From Pseudomonadota bacterium (GTDB lineage: Bacteria; Pseudomonadota; Alphaproteobacteria; Rhodobacterales; Rhodobacteraceae): a stretch of DNA of 64,000 nucleotides. Where the stretch lies: the NCBI GenBank assembly GCA_038524325.1, contig JBCBIS010000001.1:3150-67149 (forward strand). The letters are read 5' to 3'. The position numbers and the translations under genes are program-made. Positions 1 through 8,273 of the stretch are shown here, one piece after another; the first letter of the stretch is position 1; each line of letters opens with the position of its first letter. The notes beneath the pieces were generated by a model. That model was not told the origin of the DNA. It saw only the letters and a program-made list of their open reading frames with translations, and searched no databases.

Positions 1-40
1 AGACTTTTGGTTCAGACCCAGAGCTTTGAGCAAAAACCTA

Positions 41-72
41 GGATCTGACTGGTTCAGTCAGATCCGTTTTTG
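41..72. terminator. Bidirectional rho-independent terminator hairpin
   Basis: Perfect 9-bp stem GGATCTGAC/GTCAGATCC (41-49 and 57-65) with a 7-nt loop. GTTTTTG follows on the + strand. AAAAA lies 5 nt upstream of the stem, giving a T-run on the - strand. The hairpin lies just downstream of the TAG (75-77) of the minus-strand gene. Confidence 0.7.
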
Positions 73-74
73 CT

Positions 75-620
75 CTAGTGCGGCGCCCGCTCTACCGGTT
101 CCAGAGGATACGCGGCAAAGTCCCACCCGTCGCTGCCATCCGGGTACCAGAAGACCCGTGTATAACCGTATTCCAGCGCGCGTTTCGCAGCGTTCCAGGA
201 CATCCAGCACCCGGCCAGACAAAAGAACAATACCGGATGGCCACGATCCCCCGCCGTCGCTTCCCTGAGATGGTGCCGGAAATAGGCGTCCGTCTCGGAC
301 GCGATGGCGCCATATCCCACATTCGGCAACCAGATCGCGCCCGGGATCGAGAACCGCTTCTTCTCGCGCCAGATTGTCCCCGCCGGAAGGTTGGTCGGCT
401 TCGGCGCGCGGGGCAGAACGTCGATGAACACCACGCGATCGGTGCGCCAGAGGGCATAGGCAGCCGCATCATCCACCACGGTGGCGCCGGAGAGGGTTTC
501 CGGCACCGGGCCGCGATAGGCGTCCATCCGGTACTCCGTCGGCTCCGCTGCAAATTCACCCGAGGTTTGCGCGCTGACCGAGGCCGCCGTAAGCAGGAGC
601 GCGGCGAGGGCGCGTATCAC
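75..620 (-). CDS. Rhodanese-like periplasmic protein associated with PQQ-dehydrogenase clusters (Cys-motif family)
   Basis: ORF 75..731 trimmed to the GTG at 620, which overlaps the xoxJ stop (GTGA at 617-620). Signal-like VIRALAALLLTAASVSAQT. Motif FFCLAGCWMSWNAAKRA (C-x3-CW as read here). Last gene after xoxF-xoxG-xoxJ. Confidence 0.6.
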   Translation of the reverse strand: MIRALAALLLTAASVSAQTSGEFAAEPTEYRMDAYRGPVPETLSGATVVDDAAAYALWRTDRVVFIDVLPRAPKPTNLPAGTIWREKKRFSIPGAIWLPNVGYGAIASETDAYFRHHLREATAGDRGHPVLFFCLAGCWMSWNAAKRALEYGYTRVFWYPDGSDGWDFAAYPLEPVERAPH

Positions 621-1435
621 TCGACGGCTGCCTTGCCATAGGTGTCGATCAGGGGCACGCCGTACTCGGACAGAACGGCATCGATCTCGGCCTTGTTCCG
701 GCGCAGCAGAGAGTTCAGCTTGCGCTTCCATCGGATCTCACCCTGACGCACGCCGAGGGTGACGCGATAGAACATCCGAGGGGCGCCTTCCTCTTTCAGA
801 AGCGGTGTGAGCGTCAGGGCCGCCTCGGCCTTTTGAGCCAGATAGCCGCCGATGGGGCCCCAAATCACGGCCGCATCGGTCTCTCCACTGACCACGTCCT
901 CGATCATCTTCTCGGTCGTGCTGTCATGGCGGCTATCCACCATCAGAGGATAGGGCCGCGCCGCGCCGATCAGCCCGTTGCGCGCCATATGGGTCGCAGG
1001 TGGCGAGCCCGCGACGACCCCGATCACCCGGCCTTTCAGCCGAGGATCCGACAAAGCCTCGATCTCCGCCAACTCGGTGTCCGCGCGGGTCACCAGAACA
1101 TAGGAGCTGACATAGTAGTGGTTGGTGTTCAGCACCAATTCATGGCCCTGGGCATAGCCCATGATCACATCGCACCGGTTCGCGCGGAGCGTCTGACGCA
1201 CGAAGCCGATCGCCTGCGGGAACCAAGTATACTGTACCGGAAGCTCCAGTTTGGCGGCCAAAAGCTCCGCCAGCTTATTCTCGAACCCCTCACCTGCTTT
1301 GTTGGAGAAAGGCAGGTTTGCCGGGTCGGCACAGACGCGAAACGCGCTGTTCGACACCAGATCCGAGGTATCCGTCGCCGCAGCCGGCCCCGCAAGCAGG
1401 GCCAACACGGCACCAAGCCTAACCCATGCAATCAT
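617..1435 (-). CDS. xoxJ: XoxJ/MoxJ-like periplasmic solute-binding protein of the methanol dehydrogenase cluster
   Basis: ATG at 1435 gives MIAWVRLGAVLALLAGPAAA, a signal peptide. The body looks like a periplasmic binding protein. It follows xoxF-xoxG and overlaps the xoxG 3-prime end by 17 nt. Confidence 0.75.
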   Translation of the reverse strand: MIAWVRLGAVLALLAGPAAATDTSDLVSNSAFRVCADPANLPFSNKAGEGFENKLAELLAAKLELPVQYTWFPQAIGFVRQTLRANRCDVIMGYAQGHELVLNTNHYYVSSYVLVTRADTELAEIEALSDPRLKGRVIGVVAGSPPATHMARNGLIGAARPYPLMVDSRHDSTTEKMIEDVVSGETDAAVIWGPIGGYLAQKAEAALTLTPLLKEEGAPRMFYRVTLGVRQGEIRWKRKLNSLLRRNKAEIDAVLSEYGVPLIDTYGKAAVE

Positions 1436-1916
1436 TCTCGAACTGCCGCGCTGTTTCGGATTTCGGCGCTTTCTTCGCCGGGCGGCCACGCGCCACCGCG
1501 TCGGTCCCCCGGGCCTTCAGATAAACATAGATGTCGTCGAGATAGCACATCACGTTCGCATTGGTCCCGAAGGCCGGCATCACCGAATTGCCGCCGGCCC
1601 CATCGACCTTGCGACCATTGGTGATGACGTCGACGAAATCGTAATAGTCCATGGTAATCGCCGACTCCTTCAGAGCAGGCGCATAGGTCGACCCCTCGCC
1701 ATCTGGGCCATGGCAGACATGGCACTCGGCGTGATAGCGGCGAAAGCCGGAGAAAGTGTACCAGTCGACGGTGCCGTCCTCGGCAACCTGGAAGGTAGGG
1801 ATATCATCGGCGGTGAAGAATTTGCCGTCTTCCTCGTAGCTTATCGCAATGTTCTGATCTGCTGCGGCCGGCAGGGCCAGGGCCAGCGCGACCAAGGCAA
1901 TCGCCCCTGTTCTCAT
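1419..1916 (-). CDS. xoxG: Mono-haem c-type cytochrome, XoxG-like electron acceptor
   Basis: Signal peptide MRTGAIALVALALALPAAA. Single haem motif CHVCH. 165 aa, immediately downstream of xoxF. Confidence 0.8.
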   Translation of the reverse strand: MRTGAIALVALALALPAAADQNIAISYEEDGKFFTADDIPTFQVAEDGTVDWYTFSGFRRYHAECHVCHGPDGEGSTYAPALKESAITMDYYDFVDVITNGRKVDGAGGNSVMPAFGTNANVMCYLDDIYVYLKARGTDAVARGRPAKKAPKSETARQFENDCMG

Positions 1917-1980
1917 CGTCTCGCTCCCGTCAATTTTTCGCTTTCGTCTACGATCAGCTTAGGCTGTCGCGATGTGGTGG

Positions 1981-2021
1981 CAAAGAAAATCCGGCGCCCG
2001 TGGCGATCACAGACGCCGGAT
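1981..2021 (-). terminator. Intercistronic hairpin plus T-rich tract between xoxF and xoxG (partial terminator or RNA-stability element)
   Basis: On the minus strand, an ATCCGGCG ... CGCCGGAT 8-bp stem (2021-2014 and 1996-1989) is followed by TTTCTTTG (1988-1981). It lies in the 150-nt gap after the xoxF stop. Confidence 0.5.
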
Positions 2022-2066
2022 GAGAGAAGTCTGAGAGGCGACGCAGGCGCCGCCTCTGCGCGTGAC

Positions 2067-3863
2067 TTAGTCGGGCAGGGCGAAAACGGTCAGCTGACCG
2101 CCGAGCGCAGTGTAGTTGTTGAGGCCGGCATAGCCGCCCACGGCACCCAGACCATCGTTCGGGTTGACCAGACCGGCCGCGAGCCCGATGCCAGCCCAGC
2201 CCCCGATGCCCGAGTAAACGGCGACATATTGCTTGCCGCGGTGGCTATAGGTCATCACGTTGCCGATGATGCCCGACGGGGTTTTGAACTGATACAGTTT
2301 CTCGCCGGTATTGGCGTCGACCGCTTTCAGATACCCCTCGAGCGTGCCGTAGAACACCACATCACCCGCGGTGGCCAGGGCGCCCGACCAGACCGAGAAC
2401 TCCTCGGGCAGCGACCATTTGATCTTACCCTCGGTTGCATCCCAGGCGATGAAGTTCCCCATGCCGCCATGGCTGTTCATAGCGGGATACATCGACAGGG
2501 TCGCGCCGACATAGGGCTGACCTGCGGTGTAGCTCACACGGAACGGCTCGTAGTCCATGCAGACGTGGTTGGTCGGCACATAGTGCAGACCGGTTTTCGG
2601 CGAGAACGAGGCCGGCTGCTGGTCCTTGGTGCCAAGGGCCGCGGGGCAGATCTCGGTGGTGTTGACGTCCTCGCCATTCTGCAGGGTCGAATAGCGGGCC
2701 ACGACCTCGGGACGGCCATAGGTCTCGCTTTCAGGGTCCATATCGACGCCTGTGGTCCAGTTGACCACCGGATCGAACTTCTCGGCCACCAGCAGCTCAC
2801 CGGACACGCGGTCCATCGTATAGGCCAGACCGTTGCGGTCAAAGTGGACCAGAAGCTTGCGCATCTCGCCGTCGATTTCCTGATCCGAGAGGATCATTTC
2901 ATTGACGCCGTCATAGTCCCACTCGTCATGCGGGGTCATCTGATAGACCCATTTCGCCATCCCGTCATCCGGGTCGCGGGCGAAGATGGTCATCGACCAT
3001 TTGTTGTCGCCCGGGCGCTGCGCCGGGTTCCAGGTCGAGGGGTTGCCCGAGCCGTAATAGAAGAGATCGGCTTCCGGATCATAGGAATACCAGCCCCAGG
3101 TGGTGCCGCCGCCGATTTTCCACTGATCGCCTTCCCAGCTGTCGAGCGAGCTGTTGGCTGGAACCGGCTTGCCATGCTCCATGGTGTTCTCATCGAACAG
3201 GATCTGGTCGTCTGGGCCAACGGAGTAGGCGCGCCATTCCTGCTCACCGGTTTCCATGTTGTAGGCGGTCACGTGACCTTGCACGCCGAATTCACCGCCC
3301 GAGATGCCGACGATGACCTTGTCTTTCACCGGCAGCACGGTGGCGGTGTTGGTCTCGCCCTTGCTCGGGTCGCCGTTCAGGACCGACCACTTCACTTTGC
3401 CGGTCTTGGCATCCAGCGCGACGACCGTGGTGTCGGCCTGGTGGAGGAAAAGCATGCCATTGGCATAGGCCGGGCCACGGTTGACCGTGTCACAGCACAT
3501 CACCGGGATGACATCCGGGTCTTGCTTCGGCTCATATTTCCAGATGATCCGGCCTTCGGCATTCAGATCGAGCGCATAGACCTTGTTCGGGAACGGCGTG
3601 TGGACATACATGATGTCGCCGATCACCAGGGGGCCACCCTCGTGGCCACGCAGCACACCGGTCGAGAAGCTCCAGGCAACTTGCAGGTCGCCAACATTCT
3701 CGTTGTTGATCTGGCTGAGTTTCGAGTACCGTTGGTTGGCATAGTCGCCGGTCTGAATGACCCAGTCGTTCGGGTTCGATTGCAGCGACAACACCGAGTC
3801 ATTGGCGAGCGCGGCACCGGCCACAAACGTGCTGGCCATAAGGCCAAGTACGATGCTTCTCAT
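2067..3863 (-). CDS. xoxF: XoxF-type (lanthanide-dependent) PQQ methanol/ethanol dehydrogenase
   Basis: 598 aa. Signal peptide, then [15 protein letters not shown]...YANQRYS. Vicinal Cys pair [15 protein letters not shown] carries the extra Asp (DYD) typical of XoxF rather than MxaF (DYA). Propeller W-motifs run throughout. GGAGGA ribosome-binding site upstream of the ATG at 3863. Confidence 0.93.
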   Translation of the reverse strand: MRSIVLGLMASTFVAGAALANDSVLSLQSNPNDWVIQTGDYANQRYSKLSQINNENVGDLQVAWSFSTGVLRGHEGGPLVIGDIMYVHTPFPNKVYALDLNAEGRIIWKYEPKQDPDVIPVMCCDTVNRGPAYANGMLFLHQADTTVVALDAKTGKVKWSVLNGDPSKGETNTATVLPVKDKVIVGISGGEFGVQGHVTAYNMETGEQEWRAYSVGPDDQILFDENTMEHGKPVPANSSLDSWEGDQWKIGGGTTWGWYSYDPEADLFYYGSGNPSTWNPAQRPGDNKWSMTIFARDPDDGMAKWVYQMTPHDEWDYDGVNEMILSDQEIDGEMRKLLVHFDRNGLAYTMDRVSGELLVAEKFDPVVNWTTGVDMDPESETYGRPEVVARYSTLQNGEDVNTTEICPAALGTKDQQPASFSPKTGLHYVPTNHVCMDYEPFRVSYTAGQPYVGATLSMYPAMNSHGGMGNFIAWDATEGKIKWSLPEEFSVWSGALATAGDVVFYGTLEGYLKAVDANTGEKLYQFKTPSGIIGNVMTYSHRGKQYVAVYSGIGGWAGIGLAAGLVNPNDGLGAVGGYAGLNNYTALGGQLTVFALPD

Positions 3864-4178
3864 GTTTCCTCCGACATTTCGCGGGACGGTTTGGACCTAA
3901 CCACCCCTTTTGTCCGTCGAGCGGTCGCTCGACCCCTCCGGACACAATGTTTGTTCGACAGCTCTTGCTGCCAGGGCTCGCGGGTCAATCGTCACACGCG
4001 AAATTTTGCTTCCCGCTTACCCATGATCAGCGTTGCGCATCCTCATACGCGTTTCAAGATCCTCTCAAAGTTTTCTTAGGAAATTTTGTGAAAAAAGATC
4101 CCACGCTTCGGCGATAAACTGCGCATCACGCAACTGCAGCACGAGATTTTGTGCGGGCGCGAGACAATACGCGCATTA

Positions 4179-5213
4179 TTATTCCCACTCGAGCTCCTTA
4201 TAGGCGGCCGTGACGTTTCTGGGATGGAAAACGTCGAACAACAGCCAATCCGCTCGCGACTCGATTCCAACGGTTCGAATCGCCTCCAACATCGGGGTTC
4301 CGGCCGCGATGGCCTCGCGCGTATCGGCCACCAATCGCGTGAGGTAGCTGTGGGTTGGCGTGAAGGCTGTCTCGGATGGCAGGGCGACCGGGCCGTGGCC
4401 CGGGACGACGCGAGCGATCTCCGGCTGCCCCATCAGTGTCTCCAGCACCGCGATCCAGCCGAGGATCGATCCGTCGAGCGCCGGCAGATGATCGTGAAAG
4501 ACCAGATCGCCGGCGAAGAAGGTCCCGGTCGCGCGGTCGAGAACACTCAGATCATTGTCGGTATGCGCCGTCGCGTGTGGTGTCAGCCGCAGCACCCGGT
4601 CGCCGCCGAGCGATAGATCCTGGGGCGCGGAGAGGCCGGTCCGCGGCAAGACAATTTCAGTGCCCTGGAAGGCCGGCCCCAGAAAGCGCGCCATGGCGGT
4701 GAGATAGGCCTCTCTCCGCGCCTCCAGGGCATCCGCCATGCGGTGATGGGCGATGATATGCTCGGCCTCGGTCAGCGCCGCCGTGCCGAGGCTGTGATCC
4801 GGATGCATATGCGTGAGGATCACATAGCGGATCGGCAGCTCCGTCTCGGCCCGGATCGCGCCAAGGAGCGCGGCCCCGATCGCTCGGGTGGAGCCGGTAT
4901 CGATAACCGCGACCGCCTCCGGCCCGATGACAAAGCTCAGATTGGCGAGATCACCGCGGTTCTCCAGCGTCGGCTCGGCATGGACCGCCTTGTGCACGAA
5001 GACCCCCGGGGCGATCTCGCTGACCGGGAAATCGGGGGAGGTGCCCTCAGCAACGCAGGGATAGCTCTGCACCTCGAAGGCGGGCGGGAAGCCGCGCGCC
5101 CCGATCCGGGCCACCTCGCGGCAGGCGGCCAGAGTCTCGCCGCCCGGCAGGCGTTCGGTCCGGCACTCCCCCGGCTGGCCCGCGAGGCAGGCGGTCAGCA
5201 ACAGCTCGAACAT
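4179..5213 (-). CDS. Metallo-beta-lactamase-fold zinc hydrolase (quinoprotein-relay-type MBL)
   Basis: HxHxDH motif in ILTHMHPDHSLG. 344 aa. The start overlaps the fghA stop (TGATG at 5211-5215). Confidence 0.7.
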   Translation of the reverse strand: MFELLLTACLAGQPGECRTERLPGGETLAACREVARIGARGFPPAFEVQSYPCVAEGTSPDFPVSEIAPGVFVHKAVHAEPTLENRGDLANLSFVIGPEAVAVIDTGSTRAIGAALLGAIRAETELPIRYVILTHMHPDHSLGTAALTEAEHIIAHHRMADALEARREAYLTAMARFLGPAFQGTEIVLPRTGLSAPQDLSLGGDRVLRLTPHATAHTDNDLSVLDRATGTFFAGDLVFHDHLPALDGSILGWIAVLETLMGQPEIARVVPGHGPVALPSETAFTPTHSYLTRLVADTREAIAAGTPMLEAIRTVGIESRADWLLFDVFHPRNVTAAYKELEWE

Positions 5214-6037
5214 CAGAGCCGGTCTGCGTGCCAGGCGATATGGTCCTCCATGAAACTCGCCACGAAGAAATAGGAATGGTCATAGCCGGGCTGCATGCGA
5301 AAGACGCTGGAGGTCCGGGTCTCCGCCAGCGCGGCGGACAGCGCCTCGGGCTTCAGCAGGTCGAGGAACTGATCGGCTGCTCCTTGATCGATCAGCAAAT
5401 CGCGGTTCCACCCGGCATTCCTCACCAGAAGGGTCGCATCGCTCATCGCCCAGCTTTCCTCATTGGCGCCCAGATAGGCCGAAAGCTGCTTGCGCCCCCA
5501 ATCGCTGGCCGTGGGATGCGCAATTGGCGCAAAGGCGGAAAGCGAGCGGTAGAGGCTGGGGTTCTGCAACGCCAGGGTGATCGCCCCATGCCCGCCCATC
5601 GAGTGCCCGGTGATCCCCTGCCGGTCGCGGTCGATCGGGAAATTGCCGATCACCAGCTTTTGCAGCTCGTCGGTGATGTAGGAATACATCTGGAAATGCG
5701 GCGCCCAAGGGTCCTCGGTGGCATCGACATAGAACCCCGCGCCCTGCCCCAGATCATACGCCTCGTCATTCGCCACACCCTCGCCGCGGGGCGAGGTGTC
5801 CGGGAACACGACCGCGATACCATAATCCGCGGCGAAGGCCTGCGCCATCGACTTGGTCATCGCATTCTCGTGGGTGCAGGTGAGGCCCGAGAGATACCAC
5901 AGGCATGGCACCGTCTGGCTCTCCACCAGGGGCGGCAGATAGACGGCGAAGGTCATCTCGCAATCGGTGGTCTCGGCCTGATGCTTATAGACGCCTTGAA
6001 CCCCTCCAAAGCAGGCATTCTCTGACACGGTTTCCAT
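5213..6037 (-). CDS. fghA: S-formylglutathione hydrolase (esterase D family)
   Basis: 274 aa. Nucleophile elbow GHSMGGHGA. N-terminal CFGGVQGVYKH...MTFAVYLPP is typical of FghA/esterase D. GGGAGAAG ribosome-binding site. Confidence 0.9.
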   Translation of the reverse strand: METVSENACFGGVQGVYKHQAETTDCEMTFAVYLPPLVESQTVPCLWYLSGLTCTHENAMTKSMAQAFAADYGIAVVFPDTSPRGEGVANDEAYDLGQGAGFYVDATEDPWAPHFQMYSYITDELQKLVIGNFPIDRDRQGITGHSMGGHGAITLALQNPSLYRSLSAFAPIAHPTASDWGRKQLSAYLGANEESWAMSDATLLVRNAGWNRDLLIDQGAADQFLDLLKPEALSAALAETRTSSVFRMQPGYDHSYFFVASFMEDHIAWHADRL

Positions 6038-6048
6038 GGGCTTCTCCC

Positions 6049-6507
6049 TCAGCGTTTTTCGATTGTCCCCTCGCAGCGAATGGGGAAAGTGACGGAACGG
6101 GCGATGAAGCAGACTTCATGCGCCTTGTGGTGGACCTTGTCGGCAACCGACGGATCACCGGACGAGATGATAACATTTGGATGGAGCGTTGCTTGAGTGA
6201 ATTGGCCCGACCCGTCAGGGTTCATCGCCATCTCGGCTGTCGCGTTGTCCTCGTATGCTTCAATCACCAGCCCCGCCTGCATGCCGAGGTGAAGAAACCA
6301 CAGCATATGGCAGGATGAGACCGCGCTGAGCAGCGCTTGCTCCGGATTCATCCGGCTTGCATCCCCTTGGAAGGCGGGGTCAGAGGAGCCATGGATCATC
6401 GGCGCGCCGGGAAACAGGATGTCATGGTCTCGCGAATAGCCATTATAGCTTGCGGTCCCGGCCCCCTGGTTCCCGGTCCAACGGATCGTGGCCGCATAGC
6501 TGTGCAT
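6049..6507 (-). CDS. OsmC/Ohr-family thiol peroxidase-like protein
   Basis: ORF trimmed to the ATG at 6507 (MHSYAATIRWTGNQG). Two conserved Cys contexts, SSCHMLWF and EVCFIARS. The start overlaps the gshA stop (TGATG). Confidence 0.75.
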   Translation of the reverse strand: MHSYAATIRWTGNQGAGTASYNGYSRDHDILFPGAPMIHGSSDPAFQGDASRMNPEQALLSAVSSCHMLWFLHLGMQAGLVIEAYEDNATAEMAMNPDGSGQFTQATLHPNVIISSGDPSVADKVHHKAHEVCFIARSVTFPIRCEGTIEKR

Positions 6508-7877
6508 CAGTAGCTGTACTCCCGATACACGCGCTTCAGGTCGCCGCCCCAATCGCCGTGATAATGGGCAAGGAGTTCGTCGGCAGGGGTCTGGCCGCTC
6601 TCGACCGTTTCCTCGAGAGCATTGAGGAAATGGGTCTCGTCCGGGATCATTCCGCCAGCACCAGGGCGGGCGCGGGATTTGAGGCCGGCTTGGGCGATGG
6701 TGAGCACCTCACCCGCAATCTCCTGCATCCGCCGCCCGCGCAGGGTGGCGTCGAGGCCATGGACCGAGGCGTCGATGCGGAGTTGCTCGCGCTCCTCCAC
6801 CGTCCAGTCGCGGCAGAGATCCCAGGCGGCATCCAGCGCGCCCTGGTCATAGGTCAGCCCCACCCAGAAGGCCGGGAGCGCGCAGAGCCGGCGCCACGGC
6901 CCCCCATCGGCGCCGCGCATCTCGATGAACTTCTTGATCCGCGCTTCGGGAAAGATCGTGGTCAGGTGGTCGGCCCAATCGCTCAGCGTGGGCACCTCGC
7001 CGGGCAGCGCGGGCAGCCGCCCTTTCAGGAAATCCCGAAAGGACTGCCCCAGCGCGTCGATATAGACCCCGTCGCGATAGACGAAATACATCGGCACATC
7101 GAGCGCGTATTGCACCCAGGCTTCGAACCCGAACCCGTCATCGAAGACAAAGGGCAGCATGCCGGTCCGGTCCGCGTCCAGATCGCGCCAGATGCGGCTG
7201 CGCCAGGACTTGTGCCCGTTCGGCGCCCCCTCGAAAAACGGCGAGTTGGCAAAAAGCGCGGTGGCCACCGGCTGCAGCGCCAGGGCGACGCGGAGCTTTT
7301 GCACCATGTCCGCTTCGGAGGCGAAGTCGAGATTCACCTGCACCGTGCAGGTGCGATACATCATCTGCGTGCCATGGGTGCCGACCTCGCCCATATAACG
7401 GGTCATCAGGGCATAGCGGCCCTTGGGCATCACATCCATGTCCTCGTGCCGCCAGACCGGCGCGGCGCCGAGGCCGATGAAGCCGACACCGATCTGGTCG
7501 GCCACAGATTTCACCTCGGCCAGATGGGCATTCACCTCGTCGCAGGTCTCGTGGATGGTCTCGAGCGGCGCGCCGGACAGCTCCAACTGACCGCCGGGTT
7601 CCAGGCTGACATTGGCGCCGTCCTTGGTGAGGCCGATGATGTGCCCCCCTTCCTCCAGCGGTGCCCAGCCATAGCGATCGCGCAACCCCTCCAGCACCGC
7701 GCGGACCGAGCGGTCGCCTTCATAGGGCAAGGGTTTCAGCGTATCGGTGCAATAACCAAATTTCTCATGCTCGGTGCCGATGCGCCAAGCCTCCTTCGGC
7801 TTACAGCCCGAAGCGAGATAGGCTGCCAGATCGTCTTGGCTTTCGATGGGGCCGCCGCCCTGTTGCGGGATAGACAT
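6507..7877 (-). CDS. gshA: Glutamate-cysteine ligase, plant/alphaproteobacterial type (GCS2)
   Basis: 456 aa. N-terminal DDLAAYLASGCKPKEAWRIGTEHEKFGY and overall similarity to the GCS2 family. Confidence 0.9.
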   Translation of the reverse strand: MSIPQQGGGPIESQDDLAAYLASGCKPKEAWRIGTEHEKFGYCTDTLKPLPYEGDRSVRAVLEGLRDRYGWAPLEEGGHIIGLTKDGANVSLEPGGQLELSGAPLETIHETCDEVNAHLAEVKSVADQIGVGFIGLGAAPVWRHEDMDVMPKGRYALMTRYMGEVGTHGTQMMYRTCTVQVNLDFASEADMVQKLRVALALQPVATALFANSPFFEGAPNGHKSWRSRIWRDLDADRTGMLPFVFDDGFGFEAWVQYALDVPMYFVYRDGVYIDALGQSFRDFLKGRLPALPGEVPTLSDWADHLTTIFPEARIKKFIEMRGADGGPWRRLCALPAFWVGLTYDQGALDAAWDLCRDWTVEEREQLRIDASVHGLDATLRGRRMQEIAGEVLTIAQAGLKSRARPGAGGMIPDETHFLNALEETVESGQTPADELLAHYHGDWGGDLKRVYREYSY

Positions 7878-8273
7878 GCTGAGACCGATGCTGTGATGTG
7901 GAGACTGTTGACCCGCCCTGTTTAATCAGGTTCCGGGCCCGCCTCCTAGGATCAACTTCGCACGGTCTGGCATTATTCTGGCCGCAACCCGCCTTTGGTC
8001 AGAGCGACCACCGGGTTTTGCGCGGTTTCCTTTGGGCAGAAAAACGCATCCACAGCAATTCACTGTGCGTGAAAATTCATACGCAACACATCCTGGTGAT
8101 GGCGCGAACCACAGTTTTGCGAATGCCGCAAGAGTTGAAGACTGTTTAATTTCGAGACATAATCTTGTCGCTGCGGGTCTCCGGGGGGTTGCCTCAGCCT
8201 CGCGTGACCGTCGCAGTCAAGCGCTTGGCCGGTACCGGCCGGCGACCCCAAGTCTTCCAGAGCGGGGCTGGTT

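Noticed and set aside
1251-4079. Very long ORFs antisense to the called genes. Examples: 1251..4079, 6357..7925, 9393..11348, 12003..13802, 13842..15719, 15861..17651, 19256..21157, 21619..23604, 24870..26405, 27290..29167, 32890..34560, 34921..37134, 38321..39817, 40695..42407, 43042..45081, 45738..49268.
   Set aside because: Their translations are Arg/Gly/Ala/Pro/His-rich, low in Lys, Phe, Tyr and Asn, and show no recognisable motifs. The opposite strand in each case encodes a protein with clear family signatures. Long stop-free antisense frames are expected in high-GC DNA.
6049-6507. Small gene between gshA and fghA, considered as gfa (glutathione-dependent formaldehyde-activating enzyme).
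   Set aside because: It lacks the multi-Cys zinc sites of Gfa. It shows the two-Cys OsmC/Ohr pattern instead.
7968-7982. Sigma54-like motif TGGCAT-TATTC-TGGC on the + strand, about 290 bp upstream of the bEBP gene (possible autoregulation).
   Set aside because: GG/GC spacing is correct, but the -12 element is TGGC rather than TTGC and -24 has a T for C. The distance to the ATG is long. This is too weak to call without data.
7878-8273. Mobile-element boundaries for the eCIS block (integrase, transposase, tRNA, att direct repeats), also examined at 34586-34911 and 49962-50474.
   Set aside because: None of these was found in the window, so the accessory block cannot be called a mobile element. 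Only compositional and synteny arguments remain.
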